A stretch of 63,072 bases of DNA, counting the filler, from Reticulomyxa filosa (lineage: Eukaryota > Protista > Foraminifera): assembly GCA_000512085.1 (NCBI GenBank). It is 20 parts of 20 records of this genome, joined end to end, with 100 filler letters (N's around TTAATTAATTAA, not from the genome) between each part and the next. Parts side by side here need not be neighbours in the genome. Positions count along the whole stretch, not along the records: positions 10,688 to 12,212 come from ASPP01049632.1; positions 12,313 to 19,830 come from ASPP01012704.1; positions 19,931 to 21,377 come from ASPP01024659.1; positions 21,478 to 24,271 come from ASPP01020505.1; 16 more parts are not named here. One strand, 5' to 3'. A program made the translations under genes and the position numbers. The notes beneath the pieces are model-generated. The model was not told the DNA's origin, ran no database searches, and saw only the letters and a list, made by a program, of their open reading frames with translations. This document shows, piece by piece, positions 11,605 through 21,831 of this stretch. Position 1 is the stretch's first letter. Each line of letters begins with the position of its first letter.

Positions 11605-11723
11605 GTGAGCTGCTTGATCTTCTATTGTAACATTATCAACATCAAACAAATTAAAAAATTTAAATTATTTGACGAATATGAAACAAAATGTTTTCTTTTC
11701 CAAATAAATAGAAAATAGAAAAA

Positions 11724-11766
11724 TGCCAATGCAAGGATTCGAACACTGATCCCACTAATGCCGTAC
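11724..11766 (-). other. tRNA-like remnant (B-box/T-arm + acceptor-like 3' end + oligo-T)
   Basis: Minus strand CGGCATTAGTGGGATCAGTGTTCGAATCCTTGCATTGGCA followed by TTTTT. GTTCGAATCC is a B-box; no anticodon arm or 5' acceptor strand could be found. Confidence 0.35.
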
Positions 11767-11799
11767 ATATTTGCGTTAGGCAGTTACAAGATTTGTGAC

Positions 11800-12085
11800 A
11801 AGTGCAGTTACATGATGTTGCACGCTATGGCGGTCACATGATGTAGCACTTGTCAAGTTACTTGAGGCTGCACCACAAGTCATGATGTTGTAGCTGCTAT
11901 AGCCACAGTTACATGACTTTATCATTTGGAGCAGCTACATTATTTTATTGGAATCAGCACACTTACATGAAGGTAGCTACATCTACAGTTACATGAAGTT
12001 ACCGCTGAAATCAGCACACTTACATGAAGGTAGCTGCAGCTACATTTACATGAAGTTACCAATTCTTATAATAGTCACATGGTGT
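11800..12085. repeat. Degenerate minisatellite, about 27-bp period, core (G/C)TTACATGA, including a 57-bp tandem duplication
   Basis: About 11 cores at roughly 11807, 11833, 11857, 11879, 11908, 11934, 11962, 11988, 12019, 12045, 12073. AATCAGCACACTTACATGAAGGTAGCT occurs at 11952 and 12009. Confidence 0.75.
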
Positions 12086-13593
12086 GGCCCCATCTGATTA
12101 TAGTTATCCCACACCTAACATTCCAACCCTTAAATCACCAACCCTTCAACACCCGGAAAAAAAAAAAGAAATAAAAAAAGCAAACAAATACGTCATATTT
12201 TGTAGTACCCTANNNNNNNNNNNNNNNNNNNNNNNNNNNNNNNNNNNNNNNNNNNNTTAATTAATTAANNNNNNNNNNNNNNNNNNNNNNNNNNNNNNNN
12301 NNNNNNNNNNNNAAAGTATAGAGTGATGTTTCTTTCAAAACTCACTTTTTTTTTTTGGACTAACATTTTTGTACAAAATGTTGTGTTAATGTTTTTCGTA
12401 AGAAAAAAAAAATGTTATTTGTTTTTTTTTTTAGGATGTTGCGCTTTCACGAGGTGATAAACATATTAAATCAAAAATCAAACAAATGGTTCAATGATGT
12501 ATTTTATAATAATTTATTAACATTACTGACTTTATTTTCATTCATTTTTATTTACCAAAAAAATATAATTCGATCATAATTGTGTTATAAGATCATTTCA
12601 ATATTGTACGTACAGAGACAATTAGAAAAAAATAACAAACCCAAAATTCCTCTTGTAAATATTTTCAATCATAAAAAGAGTTAAATATATTTTTGTTATA
12701 AAAAAACTTGTATACAGAAAATTCAAATATTTTGAAGATATCAACTTCTTGTATTTGCAATGAAAGAAACATTGTTACATAAAATAAATTTAAAAATAAA
12801 ATAAAATTAGCATAAAATGCTTGTTTTTCGTGTAGAAAATCGATTATCTTCATAAAGTAGCATAATAGGCGTACCATTTTTTTTACAAAACACAAATTTT
12901 TTTTGTTCTTAGATGCGAAGTAAAGAATGGAGTTGATAGAAAAGATAATTTTTTTTTCTCCCATGAGTTGAGACCATTGTAAAATTTCATAAAAGAAATT
13001 TGTACACGCCCTATACTATAGATACAATTTTTTTTCTTTATAAATATTTTATAAATTCAATAATTTCGTTATTTAATTATTGAAATACAATTCTGTATAA
13101 TTTACAAATTATTAAATTGTCAGCGACTGAATTTAACAAGACTATAAATAAGCACTAAAAGACCGAAGTTTTTAAAAAAGTGATTGCCTTGGCATTTTTG
13201 TTTAAACAAAAATGTATTTACATATTTAGAAGAGTGATGAAGAATAGAGAGTAAAATGTCAGAAGAGTGAGACAAAGTAAAAATTAAAGAATAAAGAAAG
13301 ATTTTCTTTTTCTTTGTAACGCAAAAACTTTTGAAAGTAATGTTACTGAATACAACTCAGCCAAAGTCTTGTTTGTAACTAACAATTACGACTCGAATTT
13401 TAACTTTGGGTGTATAATTAAAAAGGTAAATATCATCTATGTTTGTCTATGAAAGAAAATAAATAAATCTTTGCAACTTTTTTAATACGTAGGGTAATAA
13501 CACTGCTCGTTATAGTTAATATCTTTGCGTTGGTTTGATTTATTGAGCTAACTCAAGTAAAAAAGTCTCTCCCCCCTGCCATGTGATGTTTGA

Positions 13594-14912
13594 ATGGCGT
13601 CAGTCAAGCAATTTTTTGAAACGACCTCGAAAAAAGAAGTTGACAAAACTCGTATTAAGCGTTTTTCCCTCGAGTATTTTTGTCATGTGACACCGACGCA
13701 TGTGGTTAGGATCATTTTGTACTTTTTTTAAACGCTATATGAAAAGTTATTGTGGAGCGCAGTTGTATCTAACAAGACAGTAAAAATCAAACAAACACAC
13801 TTAGAGAAGAGGTCACAACTGTGACATTTTGGTATATATATTGTTGCTAGTGTTCAGTGGAAACGAAGTATTTTTTTTGTGCGAGGACTCCTGGACACGG
13901 ATGCAAGTTATCAAGGGCATGCGTCTGTGTTTGCGTTGCAATGTGTGGACATGACCACAGATTTGATATTGGCTGTGATGCGTATGATTTTTTTTTGGAA
14001 GCATTTTAAGGAGTTTGCCGAATTTATTGATAAAACTCAGTTCAAGGAGCGCAACGAAATGTTTATTTATTTTTTGTTGTTATCGTTCCTTGCGTATATG
14101 AGCTCTGTTTTAGTAACAGTTAAAAAAAAAAGACTCACTCCAAATCCGACAAAATAAAGGAGGCATAAAAGGAAAAAAATTAGACAATTGATTTTTTTTT
14201 TTTTTGACCAACGAAACAAATAAACAAAAATGGAAAGCTTCCAGACCAGACCAATCTGTACACAGTAACAATGCAGATATTTAACATATTTCATTGGTAT
14301 GTGATTGCATTACCCGAACAATTGATGGCGTTGGTGTGCCATAGTCTGTTGCATCAACTACTGGACGAGTTTGTGAACAAGGTGGTCAAGGGCTGTATGC
14401 ATTTGAAAGAGAGCGATATTAAGACATGCATTAATGAGTATGATATCGTTGCCAAGAAGACGGAAAAATGGATTGATGCTATCAAGTGGTGGACCTCGAT
14501 ATACCTATTAAGAGCGATCTTGGAAATTTGGTTCTTTGTATCTATTGCCTATTATAGACTTCTACCACTTTTGCCGCTGATCTCTTTTGGACTATGCGTC
14601 ATCGTTGATGTCGTCACTTTGACAACTTGGCTATGGCCAGCCGTCCGGTTAGCCACCAAGTTTGAAAAGGTCCTGTCTAGAGTTCAAAATAGGTTGACAA
14701 ACAAAGCCGTTAAGAAGCAACTCGCTCTCGACCACTCTACCGACTGGATACAGGACTACTTTGAGTTGGATCAGCTGCGGTCCAATATGCACGAAAAGCC
14801 TTGTTTGTGTGTCCTTTTTGGGTTACCCATTAACACACAAAATTTATTCAGTATATTTGCACTATTAGTGACATCAAAGCCTCTAACTTTTTTTGACACT
14901 TCTGAAATTTAG
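13594..14912 (+). CDS. Seven-TM membrane protein resembling DUF3537 / gustatory-receptor-like 7TM ion channels
   Basis: Seven hydrophobic segments over 2-3 exons (intron about 14113-14237). LMALVCHSLLHQLLDEF...SDIKTCINEYDIVAKK and QLRSNMHEKPCLCVLFGLPINTQNLFSIFALLVT resemble the TM4-IL2 and TM7 patterns of DUF3537/GRL proteins. 5' exon structure is uncertain. Confidence 0.55.
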
Positions 14913-15005
14913 TTTGTTTTTTTTTTTTTAAATTTTGAAATTTAAAAAATTAAAAATTTTTTAAAAAAATTTGACTCCAAAAAACTTGACTCCAAAGAGC
15001 AACTC

Positions 15006-16676
15006 CTACGAATCATATTTTGCAAATAAAATTTTGTTTCGCCCCTGAAAGTTCAAGAAATCGGACTGAATGAGTGACGACTTGTAATGAAGAAATTGAA
15101 CGAAATCGACGTAAGTGATGACAGGTTTGGGAGTGGAACAAGAGTGCGGAAGAAAGCGACGATGCGGAAATAAGTTTGGAAAAACACAACAAGGCAAAGT
15201 AGCAAAGTTTTTTCGATGAAGCAAGCACAAGTCGACCAAAGGTTCAGTGGCTTGGTCGGGATGCAAGCCAACGACCAAATAGCAGCGCTGAAAGCATTGC
15301 AACAGTCGAGCGTTGGTTTGCAACGAGTTGGTATCGACATATTCGGCAATGTGTGTGGGAAGGACCTTGTTGGCCTTGTCAGATGCAAACAGTTGCAGCC
15401 ACTTATGTTGGAATGTGGGTGTCTTGGGGTCGACAATGGTCGACGGGATGCCGTCCATCCCGAGTAACAGAGACAGTCTGCCATTGCCTCCTGCAATGTC
15501 TAACACACCGTGTTCTTTCATCTTTTGCTTGTCAAAGTGTGCGTACAGCCATTGCTGGAACAGACGAGCTCGGCCTTTCTTATGCCACTTGCCGTCGCCT
15601 TCGAACGGGTCTTTCGAGTCAAACTGTTGTTGCAAGGTTTCCACACGAACCTTGATCTTGTCACCAAGCGACTTTTGCAGGCATGCGACATCATCTCCTT
15701 CATCCCCTATCGATGATGACGATGATGATGATGATGATGATGATAATGATGATGATTGCTGTGACTGCAAGTGGTGACGATACTCACAACTATTTCGCAC
15801 GCATCTCTCCGGAATAAGGCTTTGCAAATATGTCGGCGATGAAAACAGCTTTTCTAAATATCCGGAAATTTCTTGTCTTTCCAATGATGTCACCCCTTTG
15901 GCATTCACATTATTAGTGTCAATAGTAATATCCACATTAGTATTAGTATTAACATTAGTATTGATTGGGATTGATAGGTAAGGCTTTGGGTCAAACGATT
16001 GGACAATGCTTTTAATCAGATGCTTACAAAGTGTGTTGCGACGCTTCTCACTGTTGCGTTCATACGTCCAAGGCTCAAATCCCAAACGACCGAATTTGTA
16101 CAGCACTCGGACGACGCTGTCCGATGTCACGTGGAATACCAAAGTGTTGTCTTGCTTGATTATGCTGTTCGAATTGTTCACTGGTGCTTTGCACACTTGT
16201 GTCCACAGGATGTCTCCCAAGTTCAACTCGCGCTTACTTTGGTCAAACGCTTTTATCGATATGTGCTTCACGATCATTATCTCCACCACCACTTTTGCAA
16301 ATCTTAGCTCGTCGTAACTTTTCACTTCCTCACTCATACACTGCGGCTCGATCACTAACATGTCCAAAAATAATACTCGCGCAAACTTACGGTAGCGGAT
16401 CAGCTGACCGTAAAAGTTATATTTTCGCTCGTCATTCGCTTCTCCTTCATCACTTCTTTTGTCTTGCTTTTCCGACGCTTGCTCTTTATCTTCGGCTTCA
16501 GCTTCTGCATTTACCACTGGATCAAACCCTAACTCGGATAGGTCTTGCAGACGAGAGAGGCCGGAATATAATGGTGTTCTTATGCCCTTTAGAGAATGAA
16601 AAAGTTTATTTTCATTCATCGATACCTCGATTTTCGAAGTGACTCGAGCCCTTACAAACGCAAAGCAGTTTATCAT
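15006..16676 (-). CDS. Putative RNA methyltransferase with OB-fold-like and CCCH-like domains (556 aa, intronless)
   Basis: SAM motif I VLDIAGGNGRLS; GLHPDQATEPLVD, LPCCVFP and FQGRNKIL are typical of a Trm44/Methyltransf_32-like class I fold. N-terminal GQLIRYRKFARVLFLDM...LNLGDIL is OB-like; CVRNSCEYRH is a CCCH half-site. Confidence 0.75.
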   Translation of the reverse strand: MINCFAFVRARVTSKIEVSMNENKLFHSLKGIRTPLYSGLSRLQDLSELGFDPVVNAEAEAEDKEQASEKQDKRSDEGEANDERKYNFYGQLIRYRKFARVLFLDMLVIEPQCMSEEVKSYDELRFAKVVVEIMIVKHISIKAFDQSKRELNLGDILWTQVCKAPVNNSNSIIKQDNTLVFHVTSDSVVRVLYKFGRLGFEPWTYERNSEKRRNTLCKHLIKSIVQSFDPKPYLSIPINTNVNTNTNVDITIDTNNVNAKGVTSLERQEISGYLEKLFSSPTYLQSLIPERCVRNSCEYRHHLQSQQSSSLSSSSSSSSSSSIGDEGDDVACLQKSLGDKIKVRVETLQQQFDSKDPFEGDGKWHKKGRARLFQQWLYAHFDKQKMKEHGVLDIAGGNGRLSLLLGMDGIPSTIVDPKTPTFQHKWLQLFASDKANKVLPTHIAEYVDTNSLQTNARLLQCFQRCYLVVGLHPDQATEPLVDLCLLHRKNFATLPCCVFPNLFPHRRFLPHSCSTPKPVITYVDFVQFLHYKSSLIQSDFLNFQGRNKILFAKYDS

Positions 16677-17023
16677 AACTTCATTCTTTGTCGTTTTTAG
16701 TTATTATCTTACAGCCAAACTTACAACAAAATGCTCTCGTATTGTTTAACCTGCAAGTGTGCACATGCATGTATTACCGTGCCTTTTTTAAAATGAACAA
16801 TGAAATAACTTCACTCAGAGAAAAAAACTCTGTATGTAAAGGTTTATTTACTTTGCAGTACGAATGGCCTTGTAAAAATGTCACAAGCACGTTTTGTTTG
16901 TTTCTGAGGTTTTCCCCCTGCATTAATATATATATTATAATTTTTTAGTCAATTCCAAGTAATCAACATTTTATTTGTAATTATATTTAACAACAAGAGC
17001 GAGAAGTATAACTCAATTCAAGA

Positions 17024-18274
17024 ATGTCTACGCCTCAAGAGATAAGCGTATCGAATAAAAACACAGCAGCAGAGAACAAAGCAGTAAGCAGTACATCCCG
17101 TTGTAATAATGACGTGGACATTGACAACATGATAGCTAAATTGCTAGAGACAAAGGGGGTTCGTCCGATGAAAGAAGTGGCATTAGAAGAAAAGGACATT
17201 TTGAAGCTATGTGATTTGTCTCGCCGTGTCTTTTTAGAGCAGCCAGTGTTGATAGAGCTGGAAGCGCCAATCAAAGTGGTAGGGGATATCCACGGACAAT
17301 TTCATGACTTGTTGCGGCTGTTTGAATACGGTCAATTCCCTCCTCACGCGAATTATTTATTCCTAGGAGACTATGTTGACCGAGGAAAGAACTCTCTGGA
17401 AACCATTTGTTTGTTGCTGGCTTACAAATGTAAATATTTGGAAAATTTTTTCCTATTGAGGGGTATGATTTTTTTTTCCGCATTTCCGCGTCTGTGTAAA
17501 ATAAAATAAAATAATTTACCACGCGACTTTTAACTATTTTTTTTTTTTTTAAAAAAAGGGAATCACGAATGCGCTTCAATAAACAGAATTTATGGGTTTT
17601 TTGACGAGTGCAAGCGCCGCTATTCGATAAAGCTGTGGAAGACATTTACCGATTGTTTCAATTGCTTACCTGTTGCCGCGATTATCGACGAAAAAATCTT
17701 TTGCATGCACGGGGGGTTATCCCCGGAGTTGAGATCCATGGAACAAATCCGGCGGATAATGAGACCTACCGACGTCCCCGACAGCGGGCTGCTCTGCGAT
17801 TTGCTCTGGAGTGATCCTGACAAAAATGTCACCGAGTGGGGAGAAAATGAAAGAGGAGTTTACAACTTTTCTTTTTTTATTTTTTTTTTATTTTTATATG
17901 TTGTTTTTATGCGTTTATATAAACTTTTTTTTTAAAGGGAGAGAGAGAGGGCAGGATTTTTATAGTAATTTTTTATTTTTTTGAAGAGGTCCCTTTTTTT
18001 TCTCCCCTCTTCTTAGGTGTCTTATACGTTTGGACCACATTTGGTGAGCAAATTCTTGAAACAACATGACTTGGATTTAATCGCAAGGGCACATCAGGTT
18101 GTTGAGGACGGATATGAGTTTTTTGCTAAAAGGCAGTTAGTGACGGTATTCAGCGCACCCAATTACTGTGGAGAGTTTGACAATGCCGGAGCGATGATGA
18201 GCGTCGATGAAAATTTAATGTGCTCGTTCCAAATACTCAAGCCTGCTGACAAAAAAAGCTTCAATTTTTTTTGA
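17024..18274 (+). CDS. PP1: Serine/threonine protein phosphatase 1 catalytic subunit (exons 17024-17462, 17559-17857, 18017-18274)
   Basis: [20 protein letters not shown] (across intron 1), [60 protein letters not shown]. Splice phases checked and in frame. Confidence 0.97.
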
Positions 18275-18766
18275 ATCAGTTTCCACGTGCGTCCATGATA
18301 ACGCTCGAAGGATGCAAGTCAGGGAGGGGAAATGCACAAGAGAGGACCACAAGGAAGAAACAGGTGAAAAGAGGAAACTAAAACTTTTTTTTTTTACATG
18401 ACAACGAGTATCCTTACTCATCCGCCTTGCGAGTAAATTAAGTGAACCTCAAAGTCATCAAGCAATTTTTTTTCGTTGTTAAATGTTTATTTTTTATTGA
18501 CAATTTAATGTGATGCAATTAACATCATTTAAAAAAAAGTAAATACGACTCGATTTCAATTTCAATGGTACATCATTATGGGTTATTTCAAATCTATCTT
18601 TTGCTGTAAAAAAATGTTTTTTTTTCTTCCCCAAATAAATATATAGTAGGGATGGGAAAAAATATACGACTTCTAACAACCATATTGTAGCACAAAAAGG
18701 TGGCGCATTTTTTTGAAAGAAAGAAGAAAAACAGGGACAAAAGGGGCTTGAATAACTAGACAATCG

Positions 18767-19830
18767 ATGACATCACCTAATCAAGAGGATGATCCAGCTC
18801 TCTTGCATTTCCTCAGCCAACGCTTGAATCATTGTTATAACCGAGTAACTTTGTTGAAGACAAGTCTTGGGACAAGTACTGAGCCTGCAGGCCCAACCAC
18901 TTCTCTGCGAGATGCGAATGTAAAAAAATCGATTACACAGCCAAATGACAAAGCGGAATCAGGCACGTGGGAGAGCAACATGCAATTTGATATTTAAATG
19001 TTTAAACTGACAATTGATGCAAAACAAAACAAAGCAAAACAAAAAAAAAAAAAAAAAAAAAAAAGGATTAGTGGAATTTACGCGAGAATTGAATCATTTA
19101 TTAAATGTAGTGAGGCAAGTGATGGAAGTGCTCGAGCACGTAAACATGAATAAGAATAATGAGATCACAAATACGAAAAACGAAAAACCAAATTCCAATC
19201 AAAAAGCGACCGATCCTTCCTCTCCTCGTCCTCCAACGACAGAGTCAGAAGCGGCCACCGGTGCAAGGAAAAACACATACACATCTTAGTAACATTTCTT
19301 TTTACACGTACTCCTTCTCCTTCAACACAATTTGTACTGCAATTAAAAAAAAAAAAAAAAAAATTATATACACATATATATTTTTTTAATAGATTTTTAA
19401 TCTGTTTATTATTATTATTATTTGTTGTTGTTGTTGTTGTTGTTGTAAAAAAAGATACGCAAATAATTCTTCATGATTTATACAATGCGTACATGGACGA
19501 GTACAACATAGCGCCCTCGCCAAATTATTTGTTAAGATATGGTAGACAGCGGGGTGCACCAATTACATATGCACAATGCAAAGAGTTTGTGCAGAACTTT
19601 AACTTGTTGGACCGAATTCGACGGAACAATCAGGTCAAGCGTGAGAAAGAAATTGAAGTTGGCGCCGTTGCACAAAGCAAGGACAGTTCGAATACGAACA
19701 CTCCCAATAATGATCATGATCGCAATCATGGCAACAAGAATGAAGAAGAGCAAGGAGGTGACGGTGATGATGACAATGACGGCGATGATGACGACAACAA
19801 CAACAACAACGATAACAACGACAACAACAA
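18767..19830 (+). CDS. Hypothetical multi-exon protein, 5' part, Asn/Asp-rich at the contig end
   Basis: Three coding-like blocks (about 18767-18965, 19067-19260, 19455-19830) separated by A/T-run introns. No family recognised. Confidence 0.5.
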
Positions 19831-21831
19831 NNNNNNNNNNNNNNNNNNNNNNNNNNNNNNNNNNNNNNNNNNNNTTAATTAATTAANNNNNNNNNNNNNN
19901 NNNNNNNNNNNNNNNNNNNNNNNNNNNNNNCATTTTTTGTGTTGATTCGAACAAAGAAAAATAGATTTGCAAGGGCAACGGCAGATTGTTGATTATATAG
20001 TAAATTTATGCAACCTCTGCATACTTCTTTCCCTTTTAGCATGGAACTGTCTTTTAAAAAAAAAAATTTACCAATTTTTTCCATTATATAGGAAAATGTA
20101 ATACACAATCATTCAATTGATCTTATCCATAACTACGAACAAAGAACAAATAATATCATATACTAAATGGAGGTAAAATCTGTATTACATCATTATTTTT
20201 GTTTTTTTTTCGTGCAATGCACAACAGTAGTTGAATTGATTTTTAAATTTTGTCTATGGACAAAAAAACCAGCATAACGGTATCATAAAACATCTTTTAA
20301 ATTTCTTGAGTTAAATCGTATTAAAATTAAAGTCAATTAAAAAACAAAAGGATAAAGAAAAGACTGCAATAATAGCAATGTCAAATATACAATAAATTAG
20401 ATTTTAAATATTTTGAACAAATCAAATAATCCAATATGATAATGTAAATTTATTTTGTTCAATGTTTCATAATCGATTTATTAAATCGATGGATAATTGA
20501 ATAATTAGAATTCTTCAATTCATACTATTTTGTGTTTTCATTTTTCACTTCAGATATGTTTGCAAGTTTTGTTCTTCAGACGTTGTAATTATGTTTTAAT
20601 TAAAAATTTTGATGAATATATTGTGCGTATGTGCAGTTAATTTTTTTTTATCTTCAAGTGAGGTAGTTTGAATAACACAAAATTCCTCAAATGTATTTGA
20701 GTGATAGAATATTAAATCCACTTTTGTATTTTTTTTTCACCATAGTCTTTTTTGTTGCTTCAAAAAGTTATCCTCTTGTAGTTCATAAAGAAACTTTTTG
20801 ACTACAAAAAGGGTTGTTCATTTGAAGGTAAAAGTCTCTTTAGCATTCATTACATTAATGACAATGTTAAATTTCATTTGTTTTTTTTTTTTTAGTTGAA
20901 TGGACCAAACAATGATTTTTCAAATGTAGACATAAGAGAATCACATACAATGATCGATAATAATTTTTTACTGAAAAAAAAATGTCATAATAGCGTCTTT
21001 GGACTCTTTTAACCACTTTCATACAGGAAATTTCTTCATCAATCTGGAAATATAAATTTTATCCTTGAAAACAAGGATTAAAACAAATGATTCAATATAA
21101 AAAAATAAAAAATCTGGAACTGTTCAACTCATCATTATTTTTCAATTCAAAATTAGGTTTTTATTTATTTATTTGTTCAATTTATAATTATTGAGTTATT
21201 TTATCAAATCAATTGAAAATATCTTACAATTGTTCAAGGTTTTTTAGTTTCGAATCTTTATGTTTGTTTGCTTACACTCGTAAAGGAACATAAGAAAAAA
21301 GTGATATCACAGTTTATTCATATCTGAAATGTAGAATGGTGAGTAATGTATTCATAAGAAAAGGATTTTTTTGTGATNNNNNNNNNNNNNNNNNNNNNNN
21401 NNNNNNNNNNNNNNNNNNNNNTTAATTAATTAANNNNNNNNNNNNNNNNNNNNNNNNNNNNNNNNNNNNNNNNNNNNAAATCCACGAAAAGAGAAACGGG
21501 CTGAGATACTCCAAACTATGTACTCTTTGACCACTTTTGGCAATGCTTTACTGTACATACACGCAAAAGAAAGCAAACTGTTTCTGATTCAAGGACGAGT
21601 ATGTTTCACGAATTTTTGTAAGATTAGTTTCTTGCTTTTCTTACAGCATTGAATTTTTTGAAAGTCTAGTCACCCTTTGGTGAGAGAACGTATTATTGGG
21701 AAACCCTTTTTTTATGCTTAAAATACTCTGTTATCTTTCTGAACAGATTGTTTAACGGGGGAAAAATCCTATTGTTCCAAATTTTCTTTTTTCCATTTTT
21801 TTTTCCCTTTTTGCATTGAGAAAAAGAGCAA

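Noticed and set aside
11800-12085. CRISPR array
   Set aside because: Conserved core is only about 8 nt, units are degenerate tandem copies without unique spacers, there are no cas genes and the context is eukaryotic.
12110-12152. Telomere-like AACCCT repeats
   Set aside because: Only two non-tandem occurrences.
13729-13824. Stop-codon reassignment (in-frame TAA and TGA in the 5' part of the 7TM gene)
   Set aside because: An intron plus one homopolymer slip explains them, and TAA, TAG and TGA all end conserved genes normally in this window.
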